Shown piece after piece: positions 47,956-57,300 of a stretch of 64,000 bases of DNA. Source of the DNA: a bacterium (lineage in GTDB: Bacteria > UBA8248); the NCBI GenBank assembly GCA_965199855.1, contig OZ241326.1, forward strand, positions 1,728,001-1,792,000, read 5' to 3'. The notes under the pieces were generated by a model. That model had not been told where the DNA came from, ran no database searches, and was given only the letters and a program-made list of their open reading frames with translations. The stretch's first letter is position 1. The number at the start of each line of letters is the position of its first letter. A program made the translations under genes and the position numbers.

Positions 47956-49005
47956 ATGCCGACGAAGCTTCTGCCCACCACCGTGGTGGGAAGCTACGCC
48001 CAGCCCGACTGGCTCATCGACCGCGAGAGCCTGGGCAGCCGTCTTCCGCCGCGCGTGCGCGCGCGGGAGATATGGCGCGTGGCGCCGGAGTTTCTCGAAC
48101 AGGCCCAGGACGACGCCACCCTCCTCGCGGTTCGGGACATGGAGCGCGCCGGAATCGACATCATCTCGGACGGCGAGGCGCGCCGCGAGAGCTACTCGAA
48201 CCGCGTGGCCACGGCCCTGGGCGGCATCGACGCGGAGCGGCACGGCTTCGCCAAGGATCGCTCGGGCAGGGACAATCCCGTTCCCCGCGTGGTCGGCCGA
48301 ATCCACCGCAAGGCGCCCATCGAGACGCGCGACGCGGCGTTTCTGCGCGCCAACACCGAGCGCGAGATCAAGATCACCCTGCCGGGCCCCTTCACCATGA
48401 CCCAGCAGGCGCAGGACGACTTCTACGGCGGCGACGAGCGCGCCATGGCGCTCGACTACGCCCGCGCGGTGAATGAGGAGGTCAAGGATCTCTTCGCCGC
48501 CGGCGCCGACGTCGTGCAGATTGACGAGCCCTACATGCAGGCGCGCGCCGAGAAGGCGAGGGAGTTCGCCGTCGAGGTGATCGAGGAGGCGCTGGCCGGC
48601 GTCTCCGGAGCCACCGCTCTCCACATGTGCTTCGGCTACGCGGCCATCCACGCCTGGCAGGGCCTGGGCAAGCCCGACGCCTACTCCTTCCTGCCGGAGC
48701 TGAACGAGAGCGCGGTCGATCAAATATCCATCGAGGCGGCGCAGCCCCGCATCGACCTCGCCATTCTGGAGAAGCTGCCGGCGAAGACCATCATCCTGGG
48801 CGTCATCGACAACGGCGACCCGCAGGTCGAATCGCCCGAGACGGTCGCCGCGCGCGTCCGCGCCGCCCTCGCCCACGCGCCGCCCGAGCGGCTCGTCCTC
48901 GCCCCCGACTGCGGTATGAAATACATGGCGCGCGAGACCGCCTTCGGCAAGCTCAAATCCCTCGCCGAGGGCGCGGCCATCGTCCGCCGGGAGCTCGAGG
49001 GGTAG
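47956..49005 (+). CDS. Cobalamin-independent methionine synthase II-like (MetE C-terminal core only)
   Basis: TTVVGSY, DGEARRESY, QIDEP, LHMCFG, PDCG Zn ligands. Confidence 0.88.
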   Translation: MPTKLLPTTVVGSYAQPDWLIDRESLGSRLPPRVRAREIWRVAPEFLEQAQDDATLLAVRDMERAGIDIISDGEARRESYSNRVATALGGIDAERHGFAKDRSGRDNPVPRVVGRIHRKAPIETRDAAFLRANTEREIKITLPGPFTMTQQAQDDFYGGDERAMALDYARAVNEEVKDLFAAGADVVQIDEPYMQARAEKAREFAVEVIEEALAGVSGATALHMCFGYAAIHAWQGLGKPDAYSFLPELNESAVDQISIEAAQPRIDLAILEKLPAKTIILGVIDNGDPQVESPETVAARVRAALAHAPPERLVLAPDCGMKYMARETAFGKLKSLAEGAAIVRRELEG

Positions 49006-49017
49006 GGGCGAGGCTGA

Positions 49018-49131
49018 TCAGCCCCCTTTCTTCTCGCCGAACACGGCCTCGCGCAAGGCGTCGTTCAGGCGGGTCCGCCATCCCTTGCCGCTCTGCTTGA
49101 AGTGGGCTGTCACGTCCGCGTCGAGGCGAAA
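49018..49131 (-). pseudogene. 3' remnant of a BrnA-type antitoxin gene
   Basis: Frame reads FRLDADVTAHFKQSGKGWRTRLNDALREAVF..stop; no start codon between upstream in-frame TAG (49264-49266) and the motif. Confidence 0.7.
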
Positions 49132-49240
49132 GCCAGGACCGCGGAATCCGCCCGCCAGGACGCCTGAATGACCGAGGGCGCGAAAGCGAAAGCCCGCGCG
49201 AAGCCCCGGCGGCCGCGCCCTGACGGAACGCGCCTCCCCC

Positions 49241-49270
49241 TTGCCTCCGCCGGGCGGGGTGGGCTATAAA
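49241..49270 (+). promoter_or_regulatory. Putative sigma70-type promoter of the R-M operon
   Basis: TTGCCT-18 nt-TATAAA, 45 nt upstream of ATG 49316. Confidence 0.45.
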
Positions 49271-49315
49271 ATTGACACTTCCCGCCTTTGTCGTCTCCGC
49301 CCGCGAGGAAGCCGG

Positions 49316-50227
49316 ATGACCCGCGCCGCTCCGCGCATCGAGGAAGCCTCCCGGCCCGCGCAGGCGCCGCTCCCGCCGCCGGGGGAGGAGGAAGCCTGCC
49401 GCGCGCCCGTCCTCGCCTGCGAGGACAACCTCTCCTTCATGCGGAAAATTCCCGACGGGCGAATGAAGCTCGTCGTCACCTCGCCCCCCTACAATCTGGG
49501 CAAGGAATACGAAGCGAGAACCCCGCTAAATGCTTACGTCGAGGCGCAGGCGCGCGTGATACGCGAGTGCGCGCGGCTCCTGCACCCGCGAGGCTCCCTC
49601 TGCTGGCAGGTGGGCAACCATGTGCGGAACGGAGAAATCGTCCCGCTCGACGCCGTTCTCTATCCCGTATTCCGCGACCTGGGGCTCAAGCTCCGCAACC
49701 GCATCGTCTGGCTCTTCGGCCACGGACTGCACTGCGTCAAGCGGCTCTCGGGCCGATACGAGACCATCAACTGGTGGACGAAGGGCGACGACTACACCTG
49801 GAACCTCGACCCCATCCGCGTTCCGGCCAAATATCCCGGCAAGAAGCATTTCAAGGGGCCGAAGGCGGGGCAGCTGTCGGGCAATCCCAAGGGGAAGAAC
49901 CCGACCGACGTGTGGGAGTTTCCGAACGTGAAGAGCAACCACCCCGAGAAGACGATCCACCCCTGCCAGTTTCCCGTCGAGCTCGCCGAGCGCCTCGTTC
50001 TCTCCATGACGGACCCGGGCGACGCGGTGTTCGACCCCTACATGGGCGTCGGCTCCGCCGTCGTCGCCGCCCTCATGCGCGGACGCGCGGCCTACGGATG
50101 CGACGTCGTTCCCGAATATGTGGAGATCGCCCGAGACCGGGTGCGCCGCCTTCGCGCGGGAACCCTCAGGACCCGTCCGATGGGAAAGCCCATCTACGAT
50201 CCCGCCAGGCCGAACGGCGGGCATTGA
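49316..50227 (+). CDS. Type II N4-cytosine/N6-adenine DNA methyltransferase (beta class)
   Basis: VTSPPYN, HPCQFP, FDPYMGVGS. Confidence 0.92.
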   Translation: MTRAAPRIEEASRPAQAPLPPPGEEEACRAPVLACEDNLSFMRKIPDGRMKLVVTSPPYNLGKEYEARTPLNAYVEAQARVIRECARLLHPRGSLCWQVGNHVRNGEIVPLDAVLYPVFRDLGLKLRNRIVWLFGHGLHCVKRLSGRYETINWWTKGDDYTWNLDPIRVPAKYPGKKHFKGPKAGQLSGNPKGKNPTDVWEFPNVKSNHPEKTIHPCQFPVELAERLVLSMTDPGDAVFDPYMGVGSAVVAALMRGRAAYGCDVVPEYVEIARDRVRRLRAGTLRTRPMGKPIYDPARPNGGH

Positions 50228-50838
50228 TGCGCATCGAGGCCCGCTATTCCCATCTGAACGGAGAGGAATACCTGCTCGTCCACCGCAGGCGGCTGTGGGA
50301 GGAGGTGCGGGAGGTCATCGCCGAAGTGGACGCGATGGCCTGCCGAACAAAGGTTTCCCGGGAGAGAACCATGCGCGGGAAGGCGCTGTTTTCTCCCGTT
50401 GACATGAATCGGGCCTTCAAGGACGGCCTCAAGGCGCGCGGCTGGAGCGAGCGCAGAAGCGCTTTCTGGGTCACGGCGGATGAAAAGCTCATGCGCGGCA
50501 TCTACGGACTGCCGGAAATCGAGCAGAAGCGCGCCATCGAGCGGGCGGGCCACGAGCCCATCATGTCCTACAACCAGACGGATTTTGTGAAGGAGCGCGT
50601 CGCGGTGGAGGTTCAGTTCGGCAAATACGCCTTCGTCGCGCATGACCTGTTCGTCAAGCATCTCAGCTTCTTCGTTTCCGACGTCATCGACGTAGGAATC
50701 GAAATACTCCCCATGAAGGAACTGGAGCGGGAGATGTCCTCCGGCGTTCCCTACTATGAGCGTGACTTGCTGAACGTCCTGCGGCAGGGCCGCGGCGTTC
50801 CCGCGGTTCCCCTGGTGCTCGTGGGCGTCGCGCCGTGA
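50227..50838 (+). CDS. BglII/BstYI-family type II restriction endonuclease
   Basis: TGATG coupling to the MTase; YSHLNG.E, NQTDFVK.RVAVEVQFGKY (D...E-x-Q core), DVGIEILP. Confidence 0.85.
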   Translation: MRIEARYSHLNGEEYLLVHRRRLWEEVREVIAEVDAMACRTKVSRERTMRGKALFSPVDMNRAFKDGLKARGWSERRSAFWVTADEKLMRGIYGLPEIEQKRAIERAGHEPIMSYNQTDFVKERVAVEVQFGKYAFVAHDLFVKHLSFFVSDVIDVGIEILPMKELEREMSSGVPYYERDLLNVLRQGRGVPAVPLVLVGVAP

Positions 50839-50915
50839 GGGGGAGTCGAATAGGGGACGGCTTCTATTAAATTTTTCTTTTTTCCATTTCCTGCCGTCCG
50901 TTGGAGTATTAGCCG

Positions 50916-51986
50916 ATGAAACGCGAAGCTAAACTTCTCCAAGAGAAAGCCCTTAATTCTTTATTGCTGGCTATTGAACATTTCAATCGTCCGATAGACA
51001 GGGGGCGCGATGATACGGTTCTAATTTTTCTTAATCATGGCTTTGAAATGTTGCTGAAAGCGGGAATTGTTCATAAAGGAGGCCGAATACAAAAACGAGG
51101 GGCCACGGACCAGACGCTTGGGTTTGACGCATGTGTTCGTAAGGCGTTGAGCGATGGAGATATAAAATTTTTGACTGAAGAACAGGCTCTTACTTTACAA
51201 ACAATCAACGGGTTGCGTGACGCAGCGCAACATTACTTCCTGACCATTCCGGAGCAACAGTTGTATCTCCATACGCAATCTGGAGTAACTCTTTTTGGAG
51301 ACTTGTTGAATTTGGTTTTCGGACAAAAGTTGTCTGAAAAACTGCCAGAAAGGGTTTTGCCAGTTTCTACTCGTCCTCCGAAGGAACTCTCAATTTTAGT
51401 TGAAGACGAAATCAAAATCATCAAGGAGTTAACCAACCCAAAGCGTCGAAAGAAGATTAACGCCAGGAATCGGTTAAGGGGCCTCGCCATCATGGAAGCT
51501 ACTGTTCAGGGTGCAAGAATTCAGCCGAGTGACGGTTATTTGAACAAAATCATAAATCGAATTAACGATGGGGAGCCTGCACAGTCTATTTTCCCTGGAA
51601 TTTTCTCACTGACGCTATCCATTGAAGGGGAAGGAGTGCCGGTCCACATTAGAGTCTCGAAGAATGAAGGGGTTCCTGTTCAGATTGTCCCAGAGGGGAC
51701 GCCTGATGCCTCAGTTGTTGCGATTCGGAGGGTCAATGAACTTGATTTTTATTCAATGGGATTACAACAGCTTGCACCAAAAGTTAAATTGACTGGCCCA
51801 AAAACTTTGGCAGTCATTTGGAAACTAAAACTTCAGGACGACGAAAAATGTTTTAAGGAAATTCGTATCGGCAAACAAAGACATAAAAGGTATAGCCAAA
51901 ATGCGCTGCAAAAGATTCTCGAAAAACTTCCGGGTTTGAACATGGAGGATGTTTGGGAATCGTATAAAAGTAGACCTAAACGTTAA
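50916..51986 (+). CDS. DUF3644-like HEPN-domain protein (putative defence RNase)
   Basis: LLAIEHFNRP, FEMLLKA, RDAAQH (RxxxxH); strongly AT-rich relative to flanks. Confidence 0.7.
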   Translation: MKREAKLLQEKALNSLLLAIEHFNRPIDRGRDDTVLIFLNHGFEMLLKAGIVHKGGRIQKRGATDQTLGFDACVRKALSDGDIKFLTEEQALTLQTINGLRDAAQHYFLTIPEQQLYLHTQSGVTLFGDLLNLVFGQKLSEKLPERVLPVSTRPPKELSILVEDEIKIIKELTNPKRRKKINARNRLRGLAIMEATVQGARIQPSDGYLNKIINRINDGEPAQSIFPGIFSLTLSIEGEGVPVHIRVSKNEGVPVQIVPEGTPDASVVAIRRVNELDFYSMGLQQLAPKVKLTGPKTLAVIWKLKLQDDEKCFKEIRIGKQRHKRYSQNALQKILEKLPGLNMEDVWESYKSRPKR

Positions 51987-52038
51987 AAGAAATCCTGGCT
52001 TTGATTGGGCATTCCCTTCTGCACAGGTTTGACGCCAG

Positions 52039-52701
52039 CTATTCCTCCCCCTCCTGGAAGGCGATGCGCTCGCCGGGAGGCTCCACCACGAGGTGAAGCG
52101 CCTCGGCGACGCGCCCGGTGAGGTTCCACAGTCCGCAGATGAGGGTGAGGGAGACGAGCTGCTCGGTTCCGAAGTGCCGCTTCATGGCGGCGAACGCCGC
52201 CTCGTCCTCCCTGGCGGTGAGGTTCGTCACCGCCTCCGCCCAGCCGATGACGGCCTTCTCCTTCTCGGTGAAAAGGGCGCTCTCGCGCCAGCCGCCGCCC
52301 GCGAGCAGATCGATCTGCTCGTCCGTGACGCCCTGAGCCCGACCGAGCTCGACGTTGTGCCCCAGTCAGTTGTTGCACTCCGTGAGAATCGCCGTCTTGA
52401 TGATGACGAGCTGCGCCATGCGCACGTATTCGGGGTCGCTCTCCCGGTGGGCGACGCGCAGCCTGCCGTCCATGATCTGCCAGCCCTCCACGAAGCCGGG
52501 CGCCCAGCCGAGCAGCCGCAGAAAGCGCGAGACGCGGCCCCAGCGCCGCTTGCCGCGCGCGTAGAGGGGCGCGAGCTCGGCGGCGAGGTGCGCGGGTATG
52601 TTCTCGGGGTCGATCAGGGGAACGCGGGGCAGGGGGCAGGCCATCATCTCCGGCGTGACGCCCATCTCCCGCGCGAGGCCCGTGGCTTCGTCTATCGGCA
52701 T
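52039..52701 (-). CDS. AhpD/carboxymuconolactone decarboxylase-like protein, probable selenoprotein (in-frame TGA at 52366-52368, CNNU)
   Basis: Track ORFs 52366..52806 and 52039..52230 share one frame; the joined protein reads ...ECNN*LGHNVELGRAQGVTDEQI...FTEKEKAVIGWAEAVT... Confidence 0.8.
52335..52350 (-). promoter_or_regulatory. Candidate bacterial SECIS hairpin
   Basis: mRNA GAGCUC-GGUC-GGGCUC begins 15 nt after UGA; apical loop starts with G, 21 nt from UGA. Confidence 0.6.
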
Positions 52702-52880
52702 GGCGAGCGCTCCTTCTTCTCCGGCGCGAACGGGGACGAAAGGGTCGGTTCCGCGCATTCTCCCGCAGGACGGGACGCGGGACAAGGGCATCCCCCCGCG
52801 TTCCATATATTCCCGCCCCAGGCTATCATGTCAGGCGCGCGGCCGCGGTTTCACGGGGAAAGCCGGAGGAAGGGGAGGGG

Positions 52881-53360
52881 ATGACGCAGTTCGTCGCCGC
52901 CGAGACGGAAGAGGACTACGAGGAGGCGCGCGTCCTCCTGCGCGAATACAGGGACGGGCTGGGGGAGGCGCTGTGCTTTCACCGCTTCGAGGCGCACCTG
53001 CGGGAGCTGGAGCGGATTTACGCCCCGCCGGGCGGCGCGTTCTTCCTGCTTCGGGAGGAGGGGCGCGCGGCGGGCTGCGCGGGGCTGAGAGACCTGGGCG
53101 CGTGCGCGTGCGAGCTCAAGCGCCTCTACGTGCGCCCGGAGTTCCGCGGGCGCGGCCTCGGGAGAAGGTGCGTGGAGGAGGTCGCGCGCGCGGCGCGCGG
53201 GATGGGCCACGACGCCCTGCGGCTCGTCACCGTCGACATTATGCGCGAGGCCATCGCCCTCTACCGCTCGATGGGCTTCATGGAGATTCCCCCCTACGGG
53301 GAGGATCCCTTCGAGGAAGGCATCTACATGGAGCTCCGGCTGGACGGCGCGCGGGAGTGA
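52881..53360 (+). CDS. GNAT family N-acetyltransferase
   Basis: CELKRLYVRPEFRGRGLG, AIALYRSMGF. Confidence 0.9.
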   Translation: MTQFVAAETEEDYEEARVLLREYRDGLGEALCFHRFEAHLRELERIYAPPGGAFFLLREEGRAAGCAGLRDLGACACELKRLYVRPEFRGRGLGRRCVEEVARAARGMGHDALRLVTVDIMREAIALYRSMGFMEIPPYGEDPFEEGIYMELRLDGARE

Positions 53361-53437
53361 GGCCGCCTCTCCCCGGGGGGAGTGGAGAAACGGGCGCATT
53401 CACCGGAGTCGCGCGGCTTCCCCCTCCGCCGCCCTGA

Positions 53438-53848
53438 CTACGCGCCGAGAGCCTTCGCGGCCTTTCGCTGATCCTTCGGCTTCACCCACAGGATGGCGCC
53501 GAAGCGTCCCTTGCCCGCCGCGATCGCCGTGATGGCCGTCACGTTCACGCCGGCGGCGGCCGTCTTCTCGAGAATCTCCGCGATCGCGCCCACGCGATCC
53601 GCCCCCTCGATGAGGAAGGCCCTCTTCCGGGGGCTGAGCTTGAGCTTCGCCTTGCGCGCGGCGGCGGTGAAGGCGCGGGCGTTCTCGGGCACGAGGTCGA
53701 TCTGCGCCCTGCGTCCGCTGGGGAAGGCGTGGGCGGCGAGCAGGTTCACCCCGGCGTCCCGGAAGACGGAGAGGACGGCGGCGCCCTGTCCCGGCCTGTC
53801 GGAAGTCGTGACGTAGTAGTAGTTCACCTCGCGGACTGTATCGGCCAT
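53438..53848 (-). CDS. Tandem ACT-domain protein
   Basis: SDRPGQGA..L....AGVNL and ADRVGAIA.IL....AGVNV repeats. Confidence 0.8.
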   Translation of the reverse strand: MADTVREVNYYYVTTSDRPGQGAAVLSVFRDAGVNLLAAHAFPSGRRAQIDLVPENARAFTAAARKAKLKLSPRKRAFLIEGADRVGAIAEILEKTAAAGVNVTAITAIAAGKGRFGAILWVKPKDQRKAAKALGA

Positions 53849-54024
53849 CTGGCTTCGCCTCCTGGTTTGCGTCCCCGCTCCGCGCGGGGCGCGCGTGAAG
53901 ATTCCCCGAAATCCCCGGGCGCGCCCGAATCGCGGCGGGCGCGCGCGTCTGGTCTGGAGCGCGGCGGATTATACGACGGGAGGCGCGGCGGGGGAAGCGC
54001 CGCCGGGGGGAACCCCCGGCCCTA

Positions 54025-54225
54025 ATTCGCGGCGTCAATCCCGACAAGGCGGAGGGATTGCGGAACCTAGGGTTTGATTGTCTTTCCGTCAAAACGGGTG
54101 GCCACAGGGGGCCGCCCCTACGGAAACATAACCCCCGCCCCCGCCGATCTATGGGCGGGACGCATATATGCGTCCCCTACGAAACCGTTGCCGCCTCGCC
54201 CGTAGGGGCGCGAATTCCCGCCCCA
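54025..54225. repeat. REP-like mosaic upstream of the autotransporter
   Basis: CGTC-type unit plus GTAG-type palindromes (GGGACGCATATATGCGTCCCCTAC; GTAGGGGCGCGAATTCCCGCCCC). Confidence 0.7.
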
Positions 54226-54227
54226 CC

Positions 54228-54257
54228 TTGCCCGCCGTTCACGCTTTCGTATAGAAT
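54228..54257 (+). promoter_or_regulatory. Putative sigma70-type promoter of the autotransporter
   Basis: TTGCCC-18 nt-TAGAAT, 70 nt upstream of ATG 54328. Confidence 0.45.
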
Positions 54258-54327
54258 GGCGCTCACGCATTTTCGAAGCAAGTCGGGACGCATCCGCGGA
54301 AGCGGAAAACAAGGGGAGAAAAACGCG

Positions 54328-57300
54328 ATGCCGTTTGCTTTCGCCGCGAGCTTGCGGCATACTGCGCCCGACTCACCGACTCACCGACTCACCGACTCAC
54401 CGACTCACCGACTCACCGACTCACCGACTCACCGACTCACCGACTCACCGACTCACCGACTCACCGACTCACCGACTCACCGACTCACCGACTCACCGAC
54501 TCACCGACTCACCGACTCACCGACTCATAGAAACGGCCGCGAAGGGCGTGGCGTGATAGCGCGGGCGCGGGCGGCCGCGCTCGCCATCGTCCTGGGGCCG
54601 GCTCTCGTCCTGCTCGGCGCGGGAGAGGCGGCGGCGCAAAGCGGCGTGTGCAGCAGCGCGCCCGCCGCGGGCCAGAGAATCGACTGCCGTGAAGGTGGCG
54701 GCAGCGCGGACGACATTCGCATCGACGCGATGAATCTCGCCATCCCGGCGACGACCTCACACGCGATTTACGCGCGGCATCAGGGCTCGGGCGGTATCGA
54801 CATCGACGTGTCGGGCGGCTCCCTCACGACCACGGGCGAGCGGGACTACGCCGTCATCGGCTGGGACTCGGGCGCGAGCGGCGACGTCGACATCAGCCTG
54901 AAAGACGTCATCGCCAGGACGAGCAACGCCGACTCCCACGCCGTGATCGGCTATCGCCAGGGCGGGGCGGGCGACGTCCGGATCGACGTTCAAGGCGGCT
55001 CCATCACGACGGAGGGCAGCGGGGCAGGCTCCCATGCCGTCGTCGTCTGGCAGACGGGCTCCGGCGACATTGATATCGACGTGAAGGACGCCGCCATCGA
55101 AACGCAAGGCTTCAACTCGAACGGCGTCTTCGGCTATCGCACGGGCGGTGGGTCGGGGAACATCAACATCGACGTTCGGGGCGGCTCCGTCACGTCGAAA
55201 GGCCTCGGCCTCTACGGCGTCCACGCCTGGGCTCGCAACTCCGACGGTACCGGAGATATCGAGATGATCGTGGCGGGCGCCGTCGTGACGATGGAAAGAC
55301 GACTCGCCAGCGCCATCTTCGCGGAAAACGCGGGGACGGGCGACCTCGTCGTCAAGGTGTCGGACGGCGCGGTCGCCAGGGCGGATGGAGAGAGGAGCAT
55401 TGGCGTCCGCGCGGTTCACGGCGGGAACGGCGGCATCATCCTTGATCTATCGGGCGAAACCGTCATCGCGGTGGAAGGCGGGGACAGCGCCGGCGTCCAG
55501 GCCTATCACACCGCGACCAGGGCCGTCGCCAACGAAAACACCACCATTGACATGACGATCGGCGCGGGCGCGCGGATCAGCGCGCCGTTCGCCAGCGGCG
55601 TCCAGGGGCGGCTGGGCGGCTCGAACACGGCGGGCGTCGCCATCTCGCACGCGGGCTCCATCCGGGCGCGGGACACGGGCATTCTCGCCTGGGCCTCGCT
55701 CTCCAGCGGCATCGAAATCCTGCGGCTGGCGGACCACGAGGGCATGAGAGAACCGATGATCCACGTCGTCTCGGGCGGAGACATCACGGTGGGCGCGGGC
55801 GTGATGGACGCCTATGTCCGCGAGTTCGCGGCGGGCGCCGACGAGGCGCTCTCGGCAGGCGAGCGGGCCGTCCTCGGCGCCATCGAGGCGGAGGATTCGG
55901 ACGCGCTGGAAGCGGCGCTTGCGGCGCTTCCCGGCACCTATGCGGACGCCTGGAAGGCCCGCGCGCGAGGTTTTCTGAGCGCGCGCGACCTGAGCATGAC
56001 GGATCAATCGCAGGCGGTAACGATAACGGCCGAAGAAAGAGAGGCGGATCGGGCGACGTTCGAGATTCTGGGGATTCCCCGGGCGGGCATCCGCGCCATG
56101 GCGATAGACCACGAGAGGATCTCCGGCTACATCCGGATATCCGACCAGGACCCGGCGATTCTGGCCATTGACGCGGCGTCCCGCACGCCGGAGCAGCGGG
56201 CGACACTGCAGGAGCAGCGGGCGCTCTCGGCCGCCGAGCGGAAGGTTCTGGAAGCCTCCTTGCTGGGCGGCGACCTGGAAGCGGCGCTCGAGGCGCTTTC
56301 AGCGGACTATACGGAAGCCGAGAAACGCGGGATCCGGCTGCGCGCGACGTACTACAACGAGGGCGACATCCGCGTGGACGTGACCGGCGGAACAATCCTC
56401 TCCGAGGGCGACGGCGTTCACGCGCGCTACATCCTGCCGAATGACAGGAACGGCGCCATCACGGTGACCGTAGCCAAGGGAGCCAGCGTATCGGGCGGGC
56501 GGAACGGCATCTACGTCGGGAGCGCGGGTCTCGTTGAGGGGAGCGACTCTCTCCGCGACCAGAGCGTTACCGTGAACGGGCGGGTTTCGGGCGGAACGGG
56601 CGCGGGCGTCTATATGAAGGGCGGCGGCCGGCTGACCGTGGGCGCTACGGGCGTGGTGGGCGCGGAATCGGGCGTGGGCGTTTTGTCGGACGGGTCGGGG
56701 GATTTGACGGCGACCGTGGCCGGGCGGATCGAGGGCGACGTCCGCAACGCGGGGGGCGCGCTCATGCTGACGACGACGGCGGGGAGCGTGATCACGGGAA
56801 CCGTCCACGATCCCGTCGGCCCGGTGATGGTTCCGGGGAGCGTCGGGCGGATTTTGCTGGCGGAAGGCGGGGAGGTGACGGTTCCCGCCGCGGGTCGGCT
56901 CACGGGCGTGGACGGAGAGGCGCTCCGGAGCGAGGCGGGCGACCTGCGCGTCTCCATAGCCGGGAGGATCAAGGGCGACGTCCGGAGCCTGGGCGGCGAC
57001 CTCACGGCGACGATATCCGGGACGGTTGAAGGCGACGTGGAGGGTCTGGGGGCGGGCGATCACGCGGTCACGGTCTCCTCGGGCGGCGTGGTGACGGGGG
57101 AGATTCATCTGGCGGCGAGCGCCGTGACGGTGGACGGAACCGTGGGCAGCGTTCGCTTCGACGGCGGCGGAACCCTCACGGTGGGCCCGACGGGCCGGAT
57201 TCTCTCGCGGGCGGGGGCGGCGGTCAGCAACGCGGAGGGCGACCTGGGCGTGACGATTCACGTAGCCTCCGGCGAGCGGCCGGATCAGGCGGCCGCGCGG

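Noticed and set aside
49288-50838. 516-aa ORF as an MTase-endonuclease fusion
   Set aside because: Its 5' part is an alternative frame over the MTase; the endonuclease starts at ATG 50227 overlapping the MTase stop
54368-54527. Tandem repeat as a CRISPR array
   Set aside because: Contiguous 8-bp units with no spacers, and no cas genes
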